DNA of 64,000 nt, from assembly GCA_965113315.1 (NCBI GenBank), contig OZ220365.1; one strand, 5' to 3'. The notes under the pieces were generated by a model. It was given only the letters and a program-made list of their open reading frames with translations. It was not told the origin of the DNA and did no database searches. Shown here piece after piece: positions 24,201-36,200 of the stretch (positions are counted from its first letter, which is position 1; the number at the start of each line of letters is the position of its first letter). Position numbers and translations under genes: made by a program. The DNA is from Podarcis vaucheri (taxonomy: Eukaryota).

Positions 24201-27200
24201 CATCCATTTATTGAAATTCATCTCCTTATCAGAAATTATTCGTTACTATGCTTTTACCTTTCAGCCCCTCCTTCTCTGTCACCCTTTTTCTTTCTCTCTC
24301 GCTGCATTATTATCTTTGCTCAGCCAATGCTTTCTTCTTTGAAAAATCTCAAGTCATTTCCATTTCACGTTTCCATCATCACTTGCTCTCTTTTCTCTGA
24401 ACTTCACTGACACCTGAAATCTGCACCCTTCTGCTTTTCAATTGTTTATGCAATGTTTCAAACCATTTCCTAAATATTTGGTTCTAATCTCTTCTTTCCC
24501 TCCCCATGGTCTCATCTTGTTCAGATTTTAAGCCTGCAGGCAGGTTGTTTTAAATATTACTGTGCAGCACCTAATTCTTGAACACTATTTAAAAATTTGC
24601 CGTATTAATGCAGGAAAAGGAATAATTTATTTACCTATGATAAACAAGGATCCTGTCTTTGATAAAATGAAGCATCTTTTCAAAATATTCCAGATATCTT
24701 ATGTTAACAATTTGTCCCCTGCAGAGAAGAACATTTTTAAAACGGGACATTAAACAGATAGCAAGCATTTACATACCATTTGTGAAAGTACATATAAGAT
24801 TTCTATGTGGTAAAACACTGGAGTTCAAACTTTGTTCAAGGGGCTCTACTTGCCAGAGAACTTTTGTGCATTGCAAAGCATTATGGACATGTTATAGCAA
24901 AAACCTGTGTGTTTCTACTTAGAAGGGTTCCATGAGACTCATTGGGTTCAATGAGACTTTGAAATAATGGAACTTACTGCTGAGTAAATTAGCATAGATT
25001 GCACTGTTAACAGAACATTTTTCAAGTGATATTTACAAGGCAACTTTGACAAATAGCAGATTGTACCACACAGTTTTAATCTTTGATAATTTGTGTATTC
25101 TCTTTAAAAATATTAAACTGACAAGAGTCAATGTTAGCATTTAGAAGAAAAAGGATGTAACTATATAAAATTAATTTGAGTTTTATTTTGTTTCTGTACT
25201 GAGGTTGTCTTTACAGGCAAGCAGACTTAAGAAAACTGGGAGCAATACTTATTAGGTCCTACATCTATAAAACATTATTTATAATATTGAAGTCTTAAAC
25301 TTGAGCCCTTTGAACTTATTGAGCTACTCAACATTATGCATGCACTGGAAAGCTGTAATCATTTTAGGCATGGGAATATTTCACCTAATACAACTTTTCA
25401 GCCCTGCTCAGGATATGGTTACACAGACTGCCCATAATTCATCAATATTTTCCCCCAAACCAGAGCCATTGAAATGAAATGAATGAAAACTCATGCACTG
25501 ATCATTCATTTCAAGATTTATGCCCACTGGATTATATTTGCTTATATCTATTTAAACTCTCCAGCTAAATTTTCATTCTGAGCACTGCTTGCAAACACGA
25601 ATTTTTGTTTTCCATCTAGAATGTTGTTGATGTAATTGTCCAAACATTCATGAACAGTAAAAAGATATGTCTAGGGCGCAGCTAGCCACACAAACACATA
25701 TACCAAAGGCAAAACTACATACCATTATTGCACTTGTTGAAGTCCCTTCTCGTTTCCAAGTCTACAAAACAAGATTTCATAGAGCAAGCTTTATAGCCGC
25801 AAATACCAAGAGACAAAGCTACTTGTCAATCACAGGGGTTAATTAGGCCACTTGTCTTTAATTTCACTTACCTGAGCCAGTGGTGCTTAATTAGTTTAAT
25901 TAAACCTGCTATGACTAAACAAGAACTGCATAATAATAGTGATGAAAAGAAGCCTGGAAAAAAGTGGCAGCTTAAGGCAGATTCATCAATGCAGTAAATG
26001 GAAAAGCAAGAATCATATTAGCAGAATATCATAGTTCCAAATTATTTATTCAAACTTTCCACTTCTAGCACAACCCACTGCTGCCTGTCAAACACTTTCT
26101 ATGCTGATGACAAGACATTTCACACTACAAAATAAGCTATGATGGATCTAGTAAGAATGCAGTGAGTCTACAAGTGAATTAGAAGTTACCACACTTTCAT
26201 GGTAGGCCTTGTAGTTATGCAGTCAGCATATATCTATGCCAAGCAGATTTTAGAACTTGACTTTAGATTTTCAGAAAAGTTTCATATGGATCTAGTTAAA
26301 GAATATAAATGAAGTCAAGGAAATAAAAATCGGAAGGACCCAAACTGAGTGTAAAATTTCCAGCTTGTACAGTGAAAGGTTGATGCTATTGGTAAAGATT
26401 GGACAAAGAAATAGAAATAGAAGTAATTGGTCAAAGCAAGAATGCAAGAAGTTCTTACTAGGAAACTTACAAACTTTGGCAGCTTAAATATATGCTCCTT
26501 AGTCTAAACCCCTGTGATTGACAATATTTTTGTAGTGTTCTCTGCCTTTCCTTCTTTGTGGCTGCTCTAATACCAGATATCTTGTTTTGTAGTATAGGGG
26601 AAGAGGGAACATACAACAATTGCTAAGCTATGCTTTGAAGAGAAGTGGGCTTGTGATGAAGCATAATACAATAATGAATCAGCTGTGCTGCATATATTAC
26701 CTTTCAGAAATGCCTGGCAAGATTTTAAGTGTAGCTGTGGGTTTCTGTGTAGGAAAAATACCTAACAGAAGGCAGTACTGAAAGATATTGGATTTATTTG
26801 TTGGACTCCAAACAGTGTAGATGTACAATTCCAGCTCCTCAGGAAAAGGAAAAGAAATATCTAAAGGGGGCTATAAAACATGCAATACATTACATACCCA
26901 TTTGAAGAAGAAAATGTCAGAATACAAGTTCAGAAATCCCAACACCGAGAACTCCTATGTGCAAAATGTGTGATTCTGGCACAATTTCTTATGCAAACAA
27001 GGTTTCACTAAAGCATCATACCTGATTAGATTGATGTGATTATTAAAGCCTCTGCTAAGACTTTGAGCTGGCATTTGGTCTAACCACAGTACAGGCTGGT
27101 CTGGGTCAGCTATCCTGTAAAGAGACACAACATCAACACTGCTTACAGATTTGGTAGTTGTATTAATTCAGGTTTAATTTTTTCATCTATTTTTAAAGAA

Positions 27201-30200
27201 AGCTTTCATTGCTTTCTTCCACCTACAATAATGGGCTAACCTCAAGAGTTAGAGGAAATTAACTTGGAGATCAGAATCAAACTAATTCCTAAGGGATGTG
27301 GGGCAGTGGTGGTGGGAACCTGGGCAACCAATGTGGACTTGGGGGGGGCACCTCACCATAACACAGCACCAATAATGAAACCCATGGCCAGCAGCACTGC
27401 CTGGGAATGCACCCCAAATGCTGACCTGGAAGCCCTCTTACAGTTGCAAAAACATAAGCATAGGAGGAGGATTGGGGCCCGACTGCAACACGTCTGCATT
27501 CAGAAGACAGCTGGCAACACTGCCAAGGAAGAGAATGGGAAGGACAGAGAGAATGGAGAATCACTGAGCCTTTACATCTTACAAAACTGGTTAGCTCTTC
27601 AGGAAATCAAGGTTATCTTGGTGATGTTCTGTACAACTATTGCTATAACCAAATCTGAAATGTTAAGAGGAATGAAATAATGGACTTAACTTTATTTACT
27701 TTAGTTTGCAAGGAGAAAGAACTTTTGTTCCTTGATCTAAGAAGTTGGATTAAAGATTCAAGTTATGCATCGCCCTATATGATACACAATGGGCATACTA
27801 CTATGAAATGTAAAATTGGAATTTGCATAAGGGGTGAAGTAGGGGGAGGAAAGCATTGTGAAAGAGAGAAAAGAAAAACCCAACATGCCTGGGTCAAGCA
27901 GTATAGGAAGGTCCAAACACTATGATTTGCCCTGTGGCCTCCAGCCTCCAGGGATGGCCCTTATTAGAAGAATTAAACAGGTTTTGTGAAGTAGTCACAC
28001 AGACAGGGCTATAAATCATGTAATCAACAGCAGAAGTAATGATGTAGGAACCACAAAAATCTATAAATACTTCCTCAGTTCACTTTGCCTCTGCCTTTAT
28101 AAAGTCAATACTTGCTTAGCCTACAGTTTAGTACTCTTGATAATAATAATTCACAAACTAGATTTCTTTCTTTATTACCTTCGCCATTTCACAGCAATGT
28201 CAAACATATCTCTCCACTGCATCAGCCTGGTTTTTCCATTAATTCGTACTTTCGAGTTCACCCACGTTCTCTGTACAGCTTGCATTACTTCTATCACAGC
28301 TAGCCCCATTGCTGAACAACAAACAGAAGTAGGTTACCAGTGAAGCCCACTCACATTTATACTTGACATCTAAACGTGAGGCAGAAGCTGAAGCATCAAA
28401 ATAGTGCAATTCTATGCATGCCCTTGAGGGACGCGAGTGGCTATATGGGTGAAACCACATAGCCTAGGACTTGCCGATCAGAAGGTCGGCGGCTCGAATC
28501 CCCGCGACAGGGTGAGCTCCTGTTGCTCGGTCCCTGCTCCTGCCAACCTAGCAGTTCAAAAGCACTTCAAAGTGCAGGTAGATAAATAGGTACCGCTCCA
28601 GCAAGAAGGTAAACGGCATTTCCGGGTGCTGCTCTGGTTCGCCAGAAGCGGCTTAGTCACATGACCCGGAAGCTGTACGCCGGTTCCCTCAGCCAATAAA
28701 GTGAGATGAGCGCTGCAACCCCAGAGTCGGTCATGACTGGACCTAATGGTCAGGGGCCCCTTTACCTTTACCTTATGCATGCCCTTACTATGTTCAGTAA
28801 GGCTTACTCTCTAAGTAAGTGAGCATAGAATTGCAGTCTAAGAGATGCAAGTGGATGACTGCATAGGATCTAATATTTAATATCACTGGAGGTTGCTGCC
28901 TCATTAAGTATTCACACTTTACAGTACATAATGGACTGTAATAGTAGTTTTCTTTTATGTATGAATAAGCTGAACTACCATATGAATAGAGCATGTTTTA
29001 TTGCTGACTATCCAATGCTAATCACAGCAAGCGCCATTATACTTTTAATTCCATATTTCAATAAAGTTTTTCCAGTGTACCTCTATGTACTCTCTTGTTT
29101 GGAAGAAATCCAGGGGTCTCATATTGCATTAGGGAACCCAACTGATCAGCAACACATATAATCTCTTGCATTTCGGGTTTATAGTTTTCAAATTTCTGAA
29201 GTAGTACATCCCTTAAAATCACAAATAAAGCCAGGATTAAATATCAAGATGATTTCTTACATAGATTCTATATTAGTAGCAGCCCGTGAGATAGACAAAC
29301 ATTAGAAATATGGTTTAAGATTACCAACCCCTGCCAAGGTTTATTGCAACTTTCCTTTTTATAACTCTATTTGGGCATAAATAAATAAATAAAATTGTCC
29401 ACTAGCACCTTAGAGACCAAATAAGTTTGTTCTGGATATAAGCTTTTGTGTGCATGCACACTTCTTCAGATACACTGAAACAGAAGTCACTAGACCCTTA
29501 TATATAGTGGGAGGGTGGGGTGGGTTTTTTCTCATAAGGGTAGTAGGAGATGGGTGATTGACCCAATGGATATGGTAAACCTGTTGACTGTTAACGACTG
29601 CAATTAGTCCTACAGGAAAACTACTGTGCTATTTCTTTTCTGATTGAGTCTTACTTACTTTGCCAAACCTTTATTAGGCATTGCAAATATAGGCCATCAT
29701 AAAACATCCATATATATATTTATATATACAAATAAACAGGCATGTAAAATATTTAATAACGAGGATTTTTGGTGGAGTTTCTTTCCACTCTAAGAGATAC
29801 TACTGACAAAAACTCAGCCACCCTGGCAGTTACTTCTGGGTTAATGTCAGACCAATAGAATATGATATTTTCATTGTGCCATGATGTTAGACTACCCCAA
29901 AAAAAGAGGATAGCAAGCATTTACATAGCGGTTGTACAATGGACAGTAGAAAATAATACCTTCTACAGTGTCCAGCAAATTCGAAAAACATCCGCAATGT
30001 CTATCATTTCTGGAGATGTTTAAATATCTGCCCTTGATGAAAGCTGAGGGGAAAATATTCAGTCGGGGTAACATAAAGGCTCTGTGTTGGACTGGAATTA
30101 TTAATTTTGTAATATAAGTGACCCTGTTATCTGTTGTATTTAAACCATAGAAGTCATGGGATCTGATGGAGTTCAACAAACATATTGAAAGGTCAAGGAC

Positions 30201-33200
30201 CGCCTGTTCACATCCATCTAAAGGAGTCTTAACTTCTGCTTATCCTGCCAGCAAGAATACCAAGATCACAACTTCCAAGAGATCCCCTGAACAACCAATA
30301 GTTAAGCAGCCTCTAACAAATAATCTAACAAATTCTGTTTCAGAGATCATCGAGTTGCTTTCCAGAATTCTTTCATTTGCAGGAATGTCACATGCTATAC
30401 AGAGTCCTTAGCTTCTGAGGAAATACAACTGGGGGGAAAAAGAATAATCCAGAGTTGCCTTTCTTAAGTGAAATGACAGCTCCAGAGCCACAACACACCT
30501 TAAAATTTGAATTGTTGTGAAAAATAAATAAAAAAAATCGAAACATTTGCAGAAACTGTTGTTTATAGTACAGACTAAAGGGCATACTGTAGAACAATGA
30601 AGCCACTTTCTGCACTAGCTTTTCATTATTTTGGACCTCTAGGATTGTTGAGGTATTTGGTTTTCCTCAGTTTCAAGAACAAAATGGACCATAAATTAAT
30701 ATTACTTATTAGGCTGTCCACCAACTAAGTCCCCTTGGCAGGTTAAAAAGTTATGGATCAATAATACAACCAAACAACATATATTAAACATCATAAACTA
30801 ACTCAGTAAAACCAACATAAAACCCAACACCAGCACAAAACCAGTATAAAAGTAGTATAGAACAGCAAGAAACTAGTATTGGGAAATTGGTGCTAGAAAT
30901 CTGAAATACAACAAAAAACATAAAGGGTTATGACTAAGTCATACTCAGAGTAGTTCATTTATTTCAATAGGTCCATTTTCAGCAGAACACATTTTTGGAG
31001 TTGGTGCAGGCTAGAAATCAACTTGTACCTGTTACAAACACATTCTATAAAACCATAGATTGTATTTGAAGCCATGCGATTAAAGTTAAACCTTGAACTA
31101 CCACTAGCAAACATTTCCAGTAGAGCCCAAGAATTGGTAAATTTAGTTACCGTATTTTTCGCTCTATAAGATGCACTTTCCCCCTCCTAAAAAGTAAGGG
31201 GAAATGTGTGTGCGTCTTATGGAGCGAATGCAGGCTGCGCAGCTATCCCAGAAGCCAAAACAGTGAGAGGGATCGCTGCGCAGCGCTCCCTCTTGCTGTT
31301 CTAGCTTCTGGCTTAGCCGTGCGAAGCCTCTTCAGGGTACGGGGAGCCTCTGGGCTTTTCTGGGAGGTGGGGGAAGGGATAGGGCAGCCCCTCTGTCCCT
31401 TCCCCCACCTCCCGCAAAAGCCTGGGATAGCCGCACTCCCTTTAAAGAGCTGCGCGGAGCGTGTGTGCGGCTCTTGGGGGCTTCTCCCTCCTTGGGGAAA
31501 AGTCTGCAAGTGCCTCACACACGCTCCTCGCAGCTTGTGAAAGGAAGCGCTGAGCAGAGCCTGGGATGCATACAGGCTCTGCTCAGCGCTCCCTTTAAAT
31601 AATCCCCCCCTTGCATTCCCCCTCTAAAAACTACACGCATCTTATGGTCAGGTGCATCTTATGGAACAAAAAATACGGTACAGTGGTGTCCCGCAAGACG
31701 AATGCCTCGCAAGACGGAAAACCTGCTAGACGAAAGGGTTTTCCGTTTTTGAGCTGCTTCGCAAGACGAATTTCCCTATGGGCTTGCTTCTCAAGACGAA
31801 AACGTCTTGCGAGTGTTCCGATTTTTTTCCGCTCCCCCCCTTTTTCTAAGCCGCTAAGCTAATAGCCTTTTAGCCGCTAAGCCTTTAATAGCTGCTAATC
31901 CGCTAATAGCGCTAATCCACTAAGCCGCTAATAGGGTTGCTTCGCAAGACGAAAAAACCGCAGACGAAGAGACTCTTGCGAGGCACCACTGTACTTACTT
32001 TATATGTGGTTGTAGTCCTGGCTGTTCTTCATAGTCTTCTATGAGAAAAGGAAGATTTTTGGCCCAGTGATCTTTAAACTTCCCAGGAAGATCCATATCT
32101 ATATTGTATTCTGTAAGTGGGGTATCAAGGTGGGCATGCAGATAGCGAGAATATTCTGTGAAGGAAGTAAATATCATTTAGCCCCTTTTCCTGCAAGTCA
32201 GCTTAAATGATCTCTAGGCAAAATGCTTTTCAAGCGATCTGCAGTGCTGAAGAAAAATACGTAAGGAGCTCATATGAAGTTGCTTTATACTGAGCTGGAT
32301 TCATCTAGCTTGGTCTTGTCTACACTAAGTGGCAGTGGCTCTTCGGGGTTTCAGAAAGGCATTTCTCCCAGCCCAACCTGGAGATGCTAGGGATTGAACT
32401 GGGACCTTCTGCACATGCTCTACCACTGATCTATGGCTCTCCCCCAAATCCACACACAAACTACAACCATGTCACTGTTTACTGTTTACATGCTGTAACT
32501 GGGGACCTTTCCATACAAAAGCACTGTACTTCCTTAAAGTAGTATAAACTTGTGGATCATTTCCCTAATATTTCTTCCATTAGCAGAGATTCTTTAAGTG
32601 AGGAACTTTCATCACTGCAACCACTAAACCTTACAACTTCACAATGCCATTTCAATGTACTCTACTTGAAGAATTTTTGGGGGGATAAATTTTCTAAATA
32701 ATTAAAATAATATGTCTCATTTTCCTTGAAATACATACTTAACTCTTTGGCAAACTGTATCCAATTGATCAGGGTACATATGGACAACTGCACAAATTCA
32801 GTCTTTATTAAGGAAAAAATATCCTGAGCCAATAGTTACGTAAGTAGTCATATACATAACTTTATATTTTCAATTAAAAACAAATCTACAGAAAGGGCAT
32901 GCCAATTAGCAATAAATTTCATGGATAGCTAGGATTGATGTACAAGCCTAAATAAGTACTTTTTACCACCGTATGTAAACCTGAAAAAAACTTTCTGCTA
33001 TGTTTTCTTTGAGGTAAGAAAGCTGTAAAGAATTTCACAGTACAGTACGTACAGCAATTTTTAAAAAAATGTGCACAAATTTGATACTTAAGTTAACATA
33101 GGTTTCAGCAGTGCTATTTTTCTAGAAAAAGAGGTGCTGGAACACACCATGAACCTTGTTCTCTTATAATGGCAATGGTGCCCACCCGAGAGGTGCCGGA

Positions 33201-36200
33201 ACTGAGTTCTAGCTGAAAAAAGTCCTGGATCTAGGTATGAAACAATGAATATTTCATTAGCAGCAACTTACCTCTGAGGTATTTCACTTTCAGGTACTCT
33301 GTACTAGCTTTCTGACCAGGCAAAGGATCATTTAACATAACTTTAGTTTGAGCTTTTATTCCTTCATAAAATTGCCCCATAGCAACGTGACTAAGACCTT
33401 TCATATACTGGCACACCTCATTATATGGTTCTAGTTGCAGACACCTCTAGAAAATTGAAAAGAGAATAATCAATACATTTGTGAGATTGCAGATATACAA
33501 ACCACAGATCTTTATTTACTCTTTATCCACACATCCACAACAGTAGAAAAGTAATTTGTCCCAGCCATCTTGAGTCTATGTGGAAGTTAGAAGAAAAGGA
33601 GAAGCGATGTGCCAGTTTTTAAAACAAACAAGCAGAAACCTTCCACAGGGGAAAGGCTTTTGTCCAGTCCATTTCTACTGTTATCCACTGGACAGAAATT
33701 TCAAGACAGTCTTTCAATCTAAAGGAAGCCCTCAAGAAGGCTGCAACTTTTCTTATATATGACAGTGAACATGAAAGTCTTTTTGATTGTATGCACATTT
33801 GAGAGCTTAGTAGCCTAAAGTTGTCTCAGTTATGTATGTATGTTTGTTTGCATATATAATAACCACACACAGCACAGACAGATATGAGTATATATGATGG
33901 AACTGCTGTAACTCGTCACAATTGCTTACCTTAAAGTTTTTCAGAGCTTCATTCAGGCTACCATGATGATAAAGCATCATTCCCCCAAGTTGTATTGTCT
34001 GAACGTGATTTTGATTTAGCATCAGTGCCTTTTGAAAGTTTTCTGTAGCAGCTTCAAAGTTACCAAGCTCTCTAAAGTGATAAATAAATAGCAAAAAACA
34101 GCAATTAAAATGTTTATTTAGCTAAGTTGCTATTTACTGAAATTAACCAACGTGGGCTCTAAAAATCAGTATCATATTAAAAATATTTTTAACAATAAAT
34201 CTGTGATTTTTTTCAAGCAGCAATCTTACATGCATGTACTGAAGATTAGGCCGCAATTGTTCCTACTCCTTAGTAGATATGTATCTGACTGTATTGTCTA
34301 ATTTAAGATATAAAAAGACCAGTCAGGAAAATGACTTTGAAAGTATATATTATTTAAGGCAAAGGAAGTCTTTTTACTCCAAAGTAATCTTAAAATAACT
34401 TGCCCCCCTCATTAAATTATTGGAATTACGTTTCAGTCTCATATAATATCACTAAAGTGATATCCGAACATTTTAACAAACCAGCATAACACAGCCTGGA
34501 TGAAAACCTCCCTTCTATATGTTCCTTAAAGAATTCACATTTGAGGGTCAAAGAGTGAAATGTAAATGCATTTTGCTTACCGATAGGCCTGCCCCAGACT
34601 TTTATATGCATCAATAAAATCTGCTTTCTGCTTAAGGGCTTCTTTGAATGATTCAATAGCTTCCTGGGTAAAACACAACCATTTACTCTTGTTAATTAAA
34701 ATATTGTGCTATTAAGATTAAGATTCCTATTGGGATTTTTGAATAATTATGGAAATACTTTGTGGGAGATCTGTACAGGTAAACACAAGGCAATACATTG
34801 GACAATATATTTATAACTGCATGTGCAAAAATGTCCTCAGAGACTGAAATATGAAATGTCCAAAAAGCTTAGTCTCTCTTAGGATCACACAACCAATCTA
34901 CTAATATACATTTCTGTTATCACAAATTTGCCTAAGGTCTATCAACCAAATGATAAACTCAACAAATAACTAACATCAGGGACAGGAGTGGGGGACTAAA
35001 CAACTTTAAAATCTCTCTAGACTGTTCTATATTTATTTATCAGATATTTTAAGCACCAATCCAAACACTCAAATAGATGTAATGCCAACTGATAAATTAG
35101 ATACATGTAATTATTTGATACAATTATGTTACTGTGAAGTCTCTTAGATACAAATTAAGGTAGTTACTGCTGAAACATTTTGAATCTGACATGTCAAAAG
35201 TGTTCCATTCTCATTAAACAACTCTGTTACAACTAACAGCTGTGAAAAGCTATGTAAAGGCCCCTGTCTGGACCTTTGGAAAGACACCTGGAGTAGATAA
35301 GGCTAAACACTCTGGATTGGAACAATCATAAAGCAGACTTTGTTAATTGCTAATGGTAACATACCTCCAGCTAAAGGGCAGTATATAAATTCAATAATAA
35401 ACAAACAAACAAACAAACAAGCATATGCATTCATCACACATATAGTAGAAATTGCACAGTTATTCAACATAATTACCTTTAGAAGTCCTCTATGAAAAAA
35501 TGTTAAACCTTTGTAAAGCATAGCTATAGGCTGGTTTTTGTTTAGTTCAAGGGAGTTCTGAAAGTCTTCATGGGCACTTGAATAGTCCTGTGACAGAAAA
35601 ACAACTTCCATCAGACAGAAAACTGCTAGATTGAACACAAAGGCAACACAAACAATGTTGTAGTTACAGGATACCAAGCCTTCCATATCACAAAATTATT
35701 AACTCTTAAAAGGGAAAAAACAGTTTATGGTGGTCTTGGGCTACAATCCTCGACCTATTACTTGGGAGTTTCACTGAATTCAGTAGGTTGCAAAAGAAAT
35801 ATGTTCCCTCTATTTTTATAATGGTTCCAGGGGAAAAGCAACCTAAATTATGGTAACTGAAGAAACTGGAGTGATAATAAGTCAAGAAAAGTCCCCAGAA
35901 ATAATCTGCTGCCAAAATCTCTACAGATATCAGCTGTTCCTTCTACTTTTTGAAATAATACTTTTGTAACTAAGTTGGTGCTCTAAAAGAATGAAACTTT
36001 TTTTTTAAAAAAAAAATTGTGTTCGGCCTTGAACTCTTTAAAGAAGTAGTAGTGTATATGTGCCTTAAATAAACAAATTAAATGCTTTTAAAAAATCATC
36101 ACGAAAATTGCTTTTGTACACCCTTCCTGCAAAAATAGGTGCTGAACAAAATTATGTATCAGCAGTTTCTCTCAGTCTAAAATACTTGAATCTGTTTCCT

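Noticed and set aside
23706-24410. Hydrophobic Leu/Phe/Ser-rich plus-strand ORFs
   Set aside because: Antisense reading of a purine-rich decayed repeat inside TTC13 intron 16
31845-31935. Short repeated units resembling an array
   Set aside because: Degenerate CCGCTAA minisatellite inside a MITE; no constant repeat with unique spacers, and the DNA is eukaryotic, so not CRISPR
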